Shown here one piece after another: positions 46,081 to 55,471 of a stretch of 64,000 bases of DNA. Below the pieces are notes generated by a model. That model was not told where the DNA came from. It saw only the letters and a list, made by a program, of their open reading frames with translations, and ran no database searches. The DNA is taken from IMG/VR virus record IMGVR_UViG_3300045988_102159, positions 1 through 64,000 of that record; one strand, given 5' to 3'. The DNA comes from a virus. The position numbers and the translations under genes are program-made. Every line of letters begins with the position of its first letter. The stretch's first letter is position 1.

Positions 46081-46374
46081 CTACTTATACATATCAATTA
46101 ATGTCTTGACATGTGCCACACCATCAATTATCTTCTTGTTTTGCCAATCAAACAGATTCTGCACTATATCAGTTTGTTCTCCAAGAGATTCATAAGCCTT
46201 GAGTAAATGTGAATGTAATATCTGTATGTGAGAATACTCTTGCTTAGACAAATCATTATACATATTAGATAGTTGCGGCGAATCGTCTTTCAATGACAGC
46301 GCTAGCTCCGCATATTCCTTTGCGCCGCATATTTCATCATCAACTTGGTCAAGTAGCGTTTTAAAAATTTCCAT
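46081..46374 (-). CDS. two-helix ferritin-like protein (single ExxH)
   Basis: 97 aa. AKEYAELA in helix 1 and QEYSHIQILH in helix 2, a half-ferritin pattern. Confidence 0.35.
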   Translation of the reverse strand: MEIFKTLLDQVDDEICGAKEYAELALSLKDDSPQLSNMYNDLSKQEYSHIQILHSHLLKAYESLGEQTDIVQNLFDWQNKKIIDGVAHVKTLIDMYK

Positions 46375-46781
46375 TACGCAATCTTTACTACAATAATGTT
46401 GGCGATACGGACGCTTGTAGCGTTTAATGCCTTGACATTAATTGTAGCCTGCGGAGCATTGCAAGGAACTGTGACAAGTGCTGAAAACGCCTGAGACGCA
46501 AGATTACCTACTGCGGCACCTGTATCAATAGCATGTGCCGCTGGAAGAGCGTTGCCGTTGCGATACATTTGTGTTTCTATTGGTCCTTCTGCTGTTGCGG
46601 CAAATGTGAAATTTGCCATAATCTGATAAAGACCGCTATTGTTAATAGTGATGTTCTTACCATCGCACGAGATGCACTTATTAGATACTGTGGAGCTAGG
46701 TACTGGAATGGTGTCGCCAGCAGCTAGTGTAAGCGCCGTAGCGCTATCATAAGTGAATCTGCCTACTGTTTTGATGCCCAT
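46374..46781 (-). CDS. C1q/TNF-like (BclA C-terminal-like) jelly-roll domain protein
   Basis: 135 aa. The pattern NNSGLYQIMANFTF...MYRNGNALP...VRIANIIVVKIA matches the BclA-CTD/C1q beta-sandwich layout. No collagen stalk. Confidence 0.45.
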   Translation of the reverse strand: MGIKTVGRFTYDSATALTLAAGDTIPVPSSTVSNKCISCDGKNITINNSGLYQIMANFTFAATAEGPIETQMYRNGNALPAAHAIDTGAAVGNLASQAFSALVTVPCNAPQATINVKALNATSVRIANIIVVKIA

Positions 46782-46806
46782 AATAAACTCCTAAAGATAG
46801 ATAGGA

Positions 46807-47424
46807 TTAAAAAGTAGCTCCATTGCAACCGCAGCCACAAGGAGTAGCGAAGTTAGGTACTACGCCATAACCATAAGGGGAAATACGAGGTACGCCGCAG
46901 AACATATTCTGGGTTTTAAGCTCGGAAACTTGAGCCTGTAGAGACTCAATCTTATCCTGTGCAAGAGCATCTAGAATCTTTTGGGTCTGTGCGGTGGTGT
47001 TCTCGTTGATAGAAGCGGTGTTCATTGCAGCACTGTATTTAAGGTCTGCCGTGGCCTGCTTATTCTCGCAGCAACAATTCGCTAGCTGGCTAGAAAGCGC
47101 ATAGTTACCATCTTTGATAGCATCCTGAGTAGATGCGAAGTTGCGTAAATTCTCATAGCCAACAGATGCTAGACCTTGTGAAGTCTGCATGAACTGTGTT
47201 TGCATTAGGTCAGACAGACGGCCAACGCTATTTTCAAGGTTATTGAAATTCATAGCGCTGCAAAGGTCTGCTTCGGTAACAGGCTGTTCAGTGGTGTTGC
47301 GATTCCAGCCATTACCATACATAAATAGGAAAAGAACAATAATCCAAATCCAGCCACCAGCACCGCCCCAATTGTCGTTGTCTTTGGTGACTGCCGCAAT
47401 ATCGGATAGAGACATATTTTCCAT
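46807..47424 (-). CDS. Cys-rich membrane protein
   Basis: 205 aa. Gly-rich TM GGAGGWIWIIVLFLFMYGNGW, a CCC triplet, a coiled-coil segment and a C-terminal PCGCGCNG. Confidence 0.5.
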   Translation of the reverse strand: MENMSLSDIAAVTKDNDNWGGAGGWIWIIVLFLFMYGNGWNRNTTEQPVTEADLCSAMNFNNLENSVGRLSDLMQTQFMQTSQGLASVGYENLRNFASTQDAIKDGNYALSSQLANCCCENKQATADLKYSAAMNTASINENTTAQTQKILDALAQDKIESLQAQVSELKTQNMFCGVPRISPYGYGVVPNFATPCGCGCNGATF

Positions 47425-47486
47425 AATAATCTTCTTTCTATCGTGGTGTATAGAAATATTTTATCCTGTGCGCACAAGAGGATAAA

Positions 47487-47696
47487 CTAATTGAAGAATT
47501 TAGCTATATTCATAGCCTGTTGTTTTAGTGTCTCAAACTGCTGTTGAGACATTTGCCCAGAAGAGATAAGAGACTGAACTTTCTCTTGGGCTTGTTGAGG
47601 TGTGATGTTACTACTTTTAATGAAGTCCAACAACTCGGTCATTGGGTTGTTTTGCGGCATTTGTGTTTGCTGCAAGGTTTGAAATAATTGATTCAT
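47487..47696 (-). CDS. small Gln-rich protein
   Basis: ATG 47696 follows a strong RBS (ggaaggag). 69 aa. Confidence 0.45.
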   Translation of the reverse strand: MNQLFQTLQQTQMPQNNPMTELLDFIKSSNITPQQAQEKVQSLISSGQMSQQQFETLKQQAMNIAKFFN

Positions 47697-48000
47697 ACTG
47701 CTCCTTCCATTTGTTGAATTCATCTTTTGTTATATAGTTATCCGCAGTTTGCGGCTCAACTTTTTTGAAGGAGTATTCTGAAATGGTAGATATACCATTC
47801 ATATCAGTTTCTTTTAAATAAAAAATATCCTTATTTGAATCCATAAGCAACGCTTTCGTTCCGCGAGGAACGGCACAGCTTTCCGCTTCTTGACGATTAG
47901 ACACAAATCTAACGCCTTGAATTTGATTTGCGGGTGTGTACGCGCTATTCTGCATAGGCATATATGGCGCATATGGATTGAAATAAGGATATTCGTTCAT
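47617..48000 (-). CDS. hypothetical protein
   Basis: 127-aa ORF with RBS aaggaga. Its last 80 nt overlap the next ORF in another frame. Confidence 0.45.
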   Translation of the reverse strand: MNEYPYFNPYAPYMPMQNSAYTPANQIQGVRFVSNRQEAESCAVPRGTKALLMDSNKDIFYLKETDMNGISTISEYSFKKVEPQTADNYITKDEFNKWKEQYESIISNLAANTNAAKQPNDRVVGLH

Positions 48001-48044
48001 GGTGTTCTCCTTAGTGATATGTAGTAATACATATATATATAAAA

Positions 48045-48111
48045 GAAGATATGGTAAGATTTAATCTATAGTGTGGTATGGAATCTGATTTAACTTCATT
48101 ACCATATCTTC
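48045..48111 (-). terminator. 13-bp perfect inverted repeat with 41-nt loop (possible terminator)
   Basis: gaagatatggtaa (48045-48057) pairs with ttaccatatcttc (48099-48111). A T-rich run follows on the minus strand. Confidence 0.4.
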
Positions 48112-48188
48112 GTAGTGTCTTTAAGATTTTTCTCTCTACTATACCTAAAAATTAAAGGGTAAAAATTATAATACTTTGCCCAAATATT

Positions 48189-48770
48189 TTAAATTTTAAT
48201 CCAAATTTTGCATGTATCGCTAGTAGGTTGTGTGCTAGATATGATTATAATATCGTTCGCTGCTTTGGCATTGAGCTTTGTATTTATTTCACTTTCAGTG
48301 TAATAGCGGTCATCGTGAGTATGACCAGTATCAGACTTACCGTCAAGTGCAGATTTAACAACCTTACTTTGAACTGGATTGGTAGAATTAGCAACAAATG
48401 ATGCATCTACAACGGTCTTGTTTGCGCCAGTAGCAACACTATCAAGTTTAGACTTATCTGCGGCAGACATAAGACCATCTGCACTGGCAGTAGCATTATT
48501 ATATATAGTATTTGAATCTGTAACGTTAACAGAACTACCGTCACTACCTTTGAGAGTAATTGTGCTGCCACTCTTGGTTAAAGTGTAAGTAGTATTTGTA
48601 TTGATATTATCTTTAATCTGAATCAGAGAGGACGAAGAAATACCCATCCACAAAGTGCCGGTATCAGTTGCAACATATAATGCACCATCCAATACTTTGT
48701 TTTCGGCAGTGAGTGCTTTGATATTAGGTTCTTTATCTCTGATAAATTTTACTCTTGCTATCTTGCTCAC
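48189..48770 (-). CDS. tail fibre protein (short)
   Basis: 193 aa. Fibre repeat GHTHDDRYYTESEINTKL. C-terminus CKIWIKI resembles that of the 509-aa fibre. Confidence 0.6.
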   Translation of the reverse strand: MSKIARVKFIRDKEPNIKALTAENKVLDGALYVATDTGTLWMGISSSSLIQIKDNINTNTTYTLTKSGSTITLKGSDGSSVNVTDSNTIYNNATASADGLMSAADKSKLDSVATGANKTVVDASFVANSTNPVQSKVVKSALDGKSDTGHTHDDRYYTESEINTKLNAKAANDIIIISSTQPTSDTCKIWIKI

Positions 48771-48891
48771 ATCCTTTCTGATATATTATTTGATAGAAGA
48801 CCAAATTAAATCATCTGGCGTAGCAAAGCCAGAAGCAATTTTAATATCACAACTGTATTTGATATTATTTTCATGATACTCGTGATATCTA

Positions 48892-48935
48892 AAAGAAAAT
48901 AGACGCAGTTGGGGTCTACGAAAATAGACCCCAAC
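48892..48935 (-). terminator. intrinsic terminator
   Basis: On the minus strand, a gttggggtcta/tagaccccaac stem followed by a T-rich run. Confidence 0.65.
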
Positions 48936-49009
48936 GCATCATACTCTGATTGCACGCCTGTGTAAAATTTAATATCAGCAGACATACAATCTCTTTAATT
49001 TAATTTAAA

Positions 49010-50422
49010 TTAGAGCGTCTGCCACTCAATTAGGCTGTTAGCATACTCCTTAGCAGATTTAAGAGCATCGTCGGCCTTTTTAGTAGCGTCTGTAGCAGCA
49101 GCGTCAACAGCTTCGGTCTTCTTTGTGTCGGCATAAGTCTTAGCTTCAGAAAGAGCGCCAGCAGCAGCACCAGAAGCATCAAAGGCACCGCTGTTTTGAT
49201 AGGCAGCAGAACCTAGACCCTTAACAGCAACGTCTGTACCTTTGACAGAGATTGTGCCGTTAGCGGTACCAGAAATAACGTCAGCGGCCTGAACAGCAGT
49301 ATCAGCCTTAGCGCCCTGAGCAGCGGTAGCATAATTCTTAGCTAGACCATCGGAATAAGCCTTGGCATCTTCAAGAGCCTTGTCAGCCTTTTTACCAGCT
49401 TCGGTGATAGCAGCATCCTTAGCGGCATCAGCCTTTGTGGTGGCATCGGTCGCGGCAGCAGCAATAGCAGCATCCTTGGCGGCATCGGCTTTCTCCTGAG
49501 CATCTGTAGCAGCTTCGCTCTTAGCAGTAGCAATAGCACCAGTTACTTCGTCCTTAGTAAAGTAATTGCTGAGGTCTGCGTCAGAAGTACCAATACGCTC
49601 AAAAGCACCATTGATAAGCATGTATTCAGTATAAACAGACTTGTTGGAGCCTGCGGCATCGGTGCTACCAGCATCGGGAACCATATAGATAGTATCTTCG
49701 TTGGCTTCTGAAACCTCGGGAAGAACGCTAACGATTTCACGCTTGAGGTGGTGCGCATTAGCTACGGCAGCAGCAATAGCGGTATTGGCTTCATCCTTTG
49801 TATAGGCATCGGCGATACCGTAACCAGCAAGAGTAGTAGCTTTGTTAGATTTCTTGTCGATGTTGGCCTGTAGCTCGGTTTTAGCAGCGGTAACCTGACG
49901 GGTTGTTTCAGCAGCAGCTGCTTCAATAGCTTCTGTCTTCTTAGTGGCAGAATCAGCTTTGGCATCTTCTAGAGCTTTGTCGGCTTTAGAAGTAGCGTCT
50001 GTGGCAGCGGCGTCAATAGCAGCCTGCTTAGCATCAGCAGCAGCTTTCTTGATAGAGCCTTCGCCTTCACCTTGAATAACTGTTAATTTTTCATCTGCGG
50101 CAGAAATATTATTTTCAGCAGTAGTAACGCGCTGGGTAAGAGCAGAAAGGTCTGCAGAAACGGTTGTTGGCTTAACAACTGTGATATACTTAGTGCCATC
50201 CCAATAGGCAACATTATCTCCTTTGTCACCTACAATATATAGAGTATTAATTTTACCTTGTTCTGGAAGTGCACTTACTTTCTCATAAATGCCACCAGAG
50301 TATGGGGTATTACCTTTGTAAATGCGCTGCTCTTCTTCTACAAAATAAAGAGTATTAGCATCTTTATTTTCAAGACCTTGATAGCCAGCAAGAGTAGCAG
50401 CTACAAATTTAACTTGACTCAT
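49010..50422 (-). CDS. Ala-rich coiled-coil fibre protein, paralog 1
   Basis: 470 aa with repeated KADKALEDAKA-type heptads. Shares the block TLAGYGIADAYTK...HLKR.IV..LP...TIYMVP with the ORF at 50865. Confidence 0.6.
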   Translation of the reverse strand: MSQVKFVAATLAGYQGLENKDANTLYFVEEEQRIYKGNTPYSGGIYEKVSALPEQGKINTLYIVGDKGDNVAYWDGTKYITVVKPTTVSADLSALTQRVTTAENNISAADEKLTVIQGEGEGSIKKAAADAKQAAIDAAATDATSKADKALEDAKADSATKKTEAIEAAAAETTRQVTAAKTELQANIDKKSNKATTLAGYGIADAYTKDEANTAIAAAVANAHHLKREIVSVLPEVSEANEDTIYMVPDAGSTDAAGSNKSVYTEYMLINGAFERIGTSDADLSNYFTKDEVTGAIATAKSEAATDAQEKADAAKDAAIAAAATDATTKADAAKDAAITEAGKKADKALEDAKAYSDGLAKNYATAAQGAKADTAVQAADVISGTANGTISVKGTDVAVKGLGSAAYQNSGAFDASGAAAGALSEAKTYADTKKTEAVDAAATDATKKADDALKSAKEYANSLIEWQTL

Positions 50423-50433
50423 TCATATCTCCT

Positions 50434-50856
50434 TTAAATAGTTGTCCATTCTGTATTATTAGCAACACACATATATGTATGAAGGGCCGCATTCCATTTA
50501 TAAATTGCTTTATCGGCAATATATATCATAGTTTCTTTTCCTTCTTTTGGAAAATCTTTAACAGAAGTACCAAAAGTTATGGTTTGTAAATTAGAAGGAG
50601 TAAGCTGTTTCCACCCGTCTTTATAACGCCACATTACGCCAGTTTCTTCTACATAATAGTAGCCTTCAACTGGCGCTAATTTATCAATTCTATCTTTGTC
50701 TGTAGGAAATTCTTGGATACAATTGTATTTAATTCGTAGACCGTTATAATCTAAATAGAGGTGACGTGTATCGGAAACAAAAACTAAATTTCCATCGCTA
50801 ACTGGTAATTTATTTAATTTTGCGGCCACAGTTGTATATACACGAACTACAGCCAT
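50434..50856 (-). CDS. hypothetical structural protein
   Basis: 140-aa ORF between the two fibre paralogs. Confidence 0.5.
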   Translation of the reverse strand: MAVVRVYTTVAAKLNKLPVSDGNLVFVSDTRHLYLDYNGLRIKYNCIQEFPTDKDRIDKLAPVEGYYYVEETGVMWRYKDGWKQLTPSNLQTITFGTSVKDFPKEGKETMIYIADKAIYKWNAALHTYMCVANNTEWTTI

Positions 50857-50864
50857 TTTAACTC

Positions 50865-52217
50865 CTAAAATTCTACAATTGTTAAAGCGTTATCCGTGTA
50901 AGTTTTAGAAGTTTCAATGGCTTCTTTCTTTGCTGCTGCAATTGCTTCTGCACTAGCAGTTCCACCGGAACCTACGCTTGTATCAATATACTGCTTAATA
51001 GTAGTACCTTCGGCAATGTCACCGACTTTTTCAGAAAGAATAGTCTTTACTTGAGCAGCATCGACTTTAGTATTTAAATTCTCTTGGATGGGAGAAATTT
51101 GACTATCGGTATATGCTTTAGCTTGTTCAAGTGTCGTGGCATCTTGAGTGTCAGTATATGCTTTTGCATCTTCAAGAGCCTTTGCAGCGGCGCCTGCTTT
51201 TTCATAATTGGCAGCAAGACCGTCGGCATATTCTTTTGCGCTTATCAGAGTGACAGTATCTTTTTCAACAGCAGCGGCAATGGCGGCAGCTTGAGCCGCA
51301 TCTGCTTTCTTCTGTGCTTCTGCAATAGCGGCAGCTTGAGCGGCATCAGCCTTGGTTGTCGCATCAGCGGCAGCAGCGTCAACAGCATCTTGCTTGGCAG
51401 TTGTAACTTCATCTTTAGTCGCGTAACCAGAAAGGTCTACCTTGCTATCACCGATTTTTTCAAATTTCTTAACTTCGCCAGCTACAACGAGAATATATTC
51501 ATCATAATGGTCATCAACTGGAACCATATAGATAGTATTAGCATCAGCTTCATCGACAACAGGGAGAGCATCGACAATAGCGCGCTTTAAGTGGTCTGCT
51601 TTCGCAATAGCAGAAGCGATTGCAGTATCAGTTGCTTCTTTTGTATAAGCATCAGCAATGCCGTATCCAGCCAAAGTAGTTGCTTTATCAGCCTTGCCAG
51701 CGACAGTAGTATCTGTATATGCCTTTGCATCTGCAAGAGCTTTCTTTACAGAGCCTTCACCTTCACCGGTTAAGCTATCTAATTTAGCTTGAATGGCTTC
51801 AATGATTGCTTTAAGATTCTCAACTTGTTCAAAAATTACTTTGAAACCAGAACCGGTATAAATATATCCTTTGTTATCTGTAGTATTAATATAGATAACA
51901 CCTTGTTCTTGGTCGGTTTCTGGAAGAGCTTCTACTACCTTAACATACTCTTTTACCTTGGTTGGGTCAATTTCACCATCAATTCCAATAGGAGAAAGAT
52001 TAAAACCTGTACCCTCAGCTTTTGGTTGAAGCATATATGCTTTATACTTACCATCAACCAATGCGGTAATGACTTGACCGCCATAAGCAATAGCTGAATC
52101 TGCATAGGTCTGTGCGGCTGCTAGCGTCTCATGGACACTTGAAGCATCAAGTGGAAGAGCATTACCACGAGAATAGGCTTTTACAGCAACCAATAGTTTT
52201 GTGCTATCAATAGCCAT
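50865..52217 (-). CDS. Ala-rich coiled-coil fibre protein, paralog 2
   Basis: 450 aa, same central block and Ala/Lys/Asp heptads as the ORF at 49010. Confidence 0.6.
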   Translation of the reverse strand: MAIDSTKLLVAVKAYSRGNALPLDASSVHETLAAAQTYADSAIAYGGQVITALVDGKYKAYMLQPKAEGTGFNLSPIGIDGEIDPTKVKEYVKVVEALPETDQEQGVIYINTTDNKGYIYTGSGFKVIFEQVENLKAIIEAIQAKLDSLTGEGEGSVKKALADAKAYTDTTVAGKADKATTLAGYGIADAYTKEATDTAIASAIAKADHLKRAIVDALPVVDEADANTIYMVPVDDHYDEYILVVAGEVKKFEKIGDSKVDLSGYATKDEVTTAKQDAVDAAAADATTKADAAQAAAIAEAQKKADAAQAAAIAAAVEKDTVTLISAKEYADGLAANYEKAGAAAKALEDAKAYTDTQDATTLEQAKAYTDSQISPIQENLNTKVDAAQVKTILSEKVGDIAEGTTIKQYIDTSVGSGGTASAEAIAAAKKEAIETSKTYTDNALTIVEF

Positions 52218-52233
52218 AGTTTATAACTCCTTT

Positions 52234-53238
52234 CTAAATGGTTACTGTAAATGTCATTGGAGCTGCGGCAGGAGCAGCCATAGCGTAACTATAAACTTTA
52301 TAGTTTGCAGCTGTTGCTCCGTTGGCACCTTCGACAGACACGGTTTGCTTGGTAAAGCTAGAAGCCATACCAATATCATTTGTTTCTTCATATTTAACTT
52401 GGCTTACATCACGAAGAGTCGCAGGATAAGCAAAAATAATATACTGCTGTCCCTGAGCAACTTTAATAGTAAGTTTGGTACCAGCAGTAGGATTAAGAGT
52501 CTTACCAGTAAGACCACGTACAATTGCAGAATTTAATTCAGGGACAGAGCCTACGCCAGTACCATAAAAAGCGTTCCGCTTTCCAATATAAGAAAGTACA
52601 TTTGATGTAATAGAGCCAGCAGTAATATGACCAGCTGGGGAATCGTCCCCAAGATTATCCTGCTTGATTGCACCCTCGGCATAAGAAGCAATAGCTTTAA
52701 AAGAAGTGGTACCTTCTCCAATAGTAATTGAATGGTCAGATAGAACTAGTGGGCTAGTAGTACCCTCAAGTACGTCTACAGTACCATCAGAAATTTTAAT
52801 TGCGGTAAGAGCGCCAGCATCTTGCTTCGTAAAGTTTGCTGTCATGGTTGCTGTAAGTGAGGTGCCGACTTCATAATTGCCCGGTTGAGCGCCTTTTGAA
52901 ACCGCAAGAGAAATCTTAGGTGCAATATATGTAGCAGGTACACGTTTCATAATAATCTTTTTAATTAATGCATCTAAATCAGTACCAGCTTCAATAACAT
53001 CACCAGTCTTGATACCTCCAACACTTCCACCAACACCTAGTTGAACAGTGTGAGCCTGTTTAGACTTAGCATTGCCAAGAGTATGCGGTACTTTAGAATC
53101 ATCTACATAAATCATATTATCTTCTGTAGAAATAACGACACTATTTGTACCAATAGTCCCAGCGGTAATACTGTCATTTAGTTTTGTTTCAGAACCATGA
53201 AAAAAACTAATTTTTTTTGCATTTTCTGCATCAGCCAT
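52234..53238 (-). CDS. structural protein (fibre or baseplate-associated)
   Basis: 334-aa Gly/Thr/Ser-rich, beta-type composition. Confidence 0.5.
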   Translation of the reverse strand: MADAENAKKISFFHGSETKLNDSITAGTIGTNSVVISTEDNMIYVDDSKVPHTLGNAKSKQAHTVQLGVGGSVGGIKTGDVIEAGTDLDALIKKIIMKRVPATYIAPKISLAVSKGAQPGNYEVGTSLTATMTANFTKQDAGALTAIKISDGTVDVLEGTTSPLVLSDHSITIGEGTTSFKAIASYAEGAIKQDNLGDDSPAGHITAGSITSNVLSYIGKRNAFYGTGVGSVPELNSAIVRGLTGKTLNPTAGTKLTIKVAQGQQYIIFAYPATLRDVSQVKYEETNDIGMASSFTKQTVSVEGANGATAANYKVYSYAMAAPAAAPMTFTVTI

Positions 53239-53301
53239 ATGTTTGTAACCCCTCTCTATTGAGTATAAAAATTTTTATATATATAAAAATAAACCATATA
53301 G

Positions 53302-53910
53302 CTAAAATTCTCGAATCTTAACTTCTGCGCTGATAGCTATCTGGTCTAATTTATTTTCTACTGAAACGGCTTTATCATATGCACTTGTTGCAATTTGTTT
53401 GATTTCTTTTGTTTCCTTTGTCCATTCTTGAAATTCTTTACGTTGTTCATCCATTTGTTTTTCCATCTTGTCTCCAAGAGTAGCAAGATGGATTACAGCA
53501 TTTTGAAAAGCGCTAAAATCATCAGAAACGACAAACGCAGAGCCGTCATTTGGGTCGGACAATACATGTACAAGAAAATTCGTACTAGAAGCAATTGATA
53601 CCGAATCAACTAATTCGACACAACAAAGCACGTCTCCTTCATGTAACATGGCTTGCGGCCATTTAATTTCCCATACGATAGGGTCTTCATGTGTTTTTGT
53701 AAAAACATTATATCCTTTTATATCTAGTTGAACATGCCGCCAACTCAAATAAACTTTTGTATCTGCGACACATTGCGCAGCAGCTTCTTGGTCGAAAATA
53801 ATTCTAAAAGTACGACCGTTCGCATCTGCGCCGCCAGCTACAATAGGGTCTTTAATATCTTGGTCAAGAGACTTTAAATTGACTGTAACTGTTTTCAATT
53901 CCTGACTCAT
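53302..53910 (-). CDS. BppU-N-like baseplate protein
   Basis: 202 aa. N-terminal DANGRTFRIIF...VYLSW...IKGYNVF resembles the BppU N-terminal Ig-like domain. Coiled-coil C-terminus. Confidence 0.4.
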   Translation of the reverse strand: MSQELKTVTVNLKSLDQDIKDPIVAGGADANGRTFRIIFDQEAAAQCVADTKVYLSWRHVQLDIKGYNVFTKTHEDPIVWEIKWPQAMLHEGDVLCCVELVDSVSIASSTNFLVHVLSDPNDGSAFVVSDDFSAFQNAVIHLATLGDKMEKQMDEQRKEFQEWTKETKEIKQIATSAYDKAVSVENKLDQIAISAEVKIREF

Positions 53911-54435
53911 TTATTCACTCCTTTCATTGCTCTTTTGGCTTACAATAAATTGTGGATTGGAAAGATTGATTCTCGGTAGTTCGCGTATCTCTTCCATTAA
54001 GCCATCAATGAATGAGTTGCCGCCTGCCGCTTTGTAATATAAATATCTGCGCTCCAGAGATTCTAGATTAAGGTCATCAATAGCCTTGATTTCATAGCAA
54101 AAATAGTGATGCTTGTCAATGATATAACTGCGAGAATTTTCCTGCAATCTTTCAAGAGTAAGTTTTTCATGCTCTTGTAGTGTTTTAATATCATTCGATT
54201 GATTGCTAATTTCTTGACTAAGTTTTTTAATATCTGCTTGCAACGAAGCAATACTTTCTATAATCTCAGAGTGCTTTGTATCTTTAAGTGTCTGATAGTT
54301 GAAATATTTTTTTAATTTATCATAAAAATATTCCAATAGCTCACTTAAAAATTTAAAAGCGACAGCTAAAGTCACAACTAGCATAACGATAGCTCCGAAA
54401 GAGTATTGCGACACCAGTTGCGACAAAGCATCCAT
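53911..54435 (-). CDS. membrane-anchored coiled-coil protein
   Basis: The internal ATG at 54435 avoids overlap with tip paralog 5. TM FGAIVMLVVTLAVAF, then coiled coil. Confidence 0.45.
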   Translation of the reverse strand: MDALSQLVSQYSFGAIVMLVVTLAVAFKFLSELLEYFYDKLKKYFNYQTLKDTKHSEIIESIASLQADIKKLSQEISNQSNDIKTLQEHEKLTLERLQENSRSYIIDKHHYFCYEIKAIDDLNLESLERRYLYYKAAGGNSFIDGLMEEIRELPRINLSNPQFIVSQKSNERSE

Positions 54436-54514
54436 TCTCGGCAATATCCCTTCTTCTCTACATAGTCTAATATAATATGAAAATAATTTGCATTTGATTT
54501 TAGGAATTTGCCCA

Positions 54515-54547
54515 TAAAAAAACGAGGGAAACATAAAGTTTCCCTCG
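54515..54547 (-). terminator. intrinsic terminator closing the tip-gene array
   Basis: On the minus strand, cgagggaaac-tttat-gtttccctcg followed by ttttttt. Confidence 0.75.
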
Positions 54548-54553
54548 AATAAA

Positions 54554-55030
54554 TTAAGCTGTACGTCTGTACATATTACAGGTGATGTATGCGGGGCGTG
54601 AATCCCAATATAACTCTTTTGTAACCATAACAGGATGTGATATAGAACCAACAGAACTTGCAATATTAGCATTACAACTATGGTTATATTGAGAATGTAC
54701 CTTTGTATCGTCTGCCAACTTAATAATATTATCAGTATATTTCTTTGAATTAGAAACATTCACAAAATTACATAATGATATATCTATGTCTGCATTCCAA
54801 GTTGGAACGATTGTGCCATACCAAGCACCATATACATACGAAAAGCCGATATTACCAGAAAAGCCACCAGTAGAATTCAGGGCATTGTTTTCACTAGAGG
54901 ATTGTAAAAATTTCCCATCAATCTTTTCCCAAGAGCCACCAACTGAATCTACTGGAGATACATCGCTAAAAGTAATATATACCGAACCAATAGGATAAAC
55001 AATGTCTAGGAGGTTAACAAAATTTGACAT
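54554..55030 (-). CDS. receptor-tip (tail-collar-like) paralog 5
   Basis: 158 aa: MSNFVNLLDIVYPIGSVYITFSDVSPVDSVGGSWEKI ... NMYRRTA. RBS aggagg. Confidence 0.7.
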   Translation of the reverse strand: MSNFVNLLDIVYPIGSVYITFSDVSPVDSVGGSWEKIDGKFLQSSSENNALNSTGGFSGNIGFSYVYGAWYGTIVPTWNADIDISLCNFVNVSNSKKYTDNIIKLADDTKVHSQYNHSCNANIASSVGSISHPVMVTKELYWDSRPAYITCNMYRRTA

Positions 55031-55054
55031 TATGCAACACCTCCTAGCATATAG

Positions 55055-55453
55055 CTAGGCTGTTCGGAAATAGATGTTAAAAGCCCTGTACTTTGGACGA
55101 TTGTCAAACGGCTTATAAGAATATTGCGCATCTTGGTTCTTGCCATCAGCAACGCGTGACACATCAAAACCATAAACACCGTTGCCCGGAGCAAAGAAAC
55201 TAATAGTTTTTGGTAATCCAAACGCGTCGCAAGTGCCGCCTGTAACCCAAACATTTGACGGCAGATTTGCGACAGAAAGTTTACCTTCATTTGTTCCACC
55301 TGTTGCACCGGGCGTTCCATTGCAAATGAAAGTGTCGCTGTCGAGCTTCGTCCATGTTCCACCAATTGAATCTGCTGGTGAGACTGAATTATTTGAGATA
55401 AATACTGACCCAACTGGGTAGACAATATCCAAGAGGTTAACGTAGTTAGACAT
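55055..55453 (-). CDS. receptor-tip (tail-collar-like) paralog 4
   Basis: 132 aa: MSNYVNLLDIVYPVGSVFISNNSVSPADSIGGTWTKL ... NIYFRTA. RBS gaggtgg. Confidence 0.7.
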   Translation of the reverse strand: MSNYVNLLDIVYPVGSVFISNNSVSPADSIGGTWTKLDSDTFICNGTPGATGGTNEGKLSVANLPSNVWVTGGTCDAFGLPKTISFFAPGNGVYGFDVSRVADGKNQDAQYSYKPFDNRPKYRAFNIYFRTA

Positions 55454-55471
55454 ACGCCACCTCGCTTAGAT

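Noticed and set aside
49342-49965. Three alternative-frame ORFs (65-71 aa) within the Ala-rich fibre gene
   Set aside because: GCN-rich repetitive coding sequence keeps the other frames open. The translations are Leu/Pro/Arg-rich nonsense.
51084-52536. Plus-strand ORFs of 60-168 aa antisense to the fibre genes
   Set aside because: They are Cys/Ser/Phe-rich antisense translations with no RBS, inside a minus-strand late operon.
53911-54759. Full 282-aa version of the ORF downstream of the tip array
   Set aside because: Its N-terminal 108 codons overlap tip paralog 5 and the terminator at 54515-54547. The internal ATG at 54435, with an RBS, gives a sensible TM plus coiled-coil protein.
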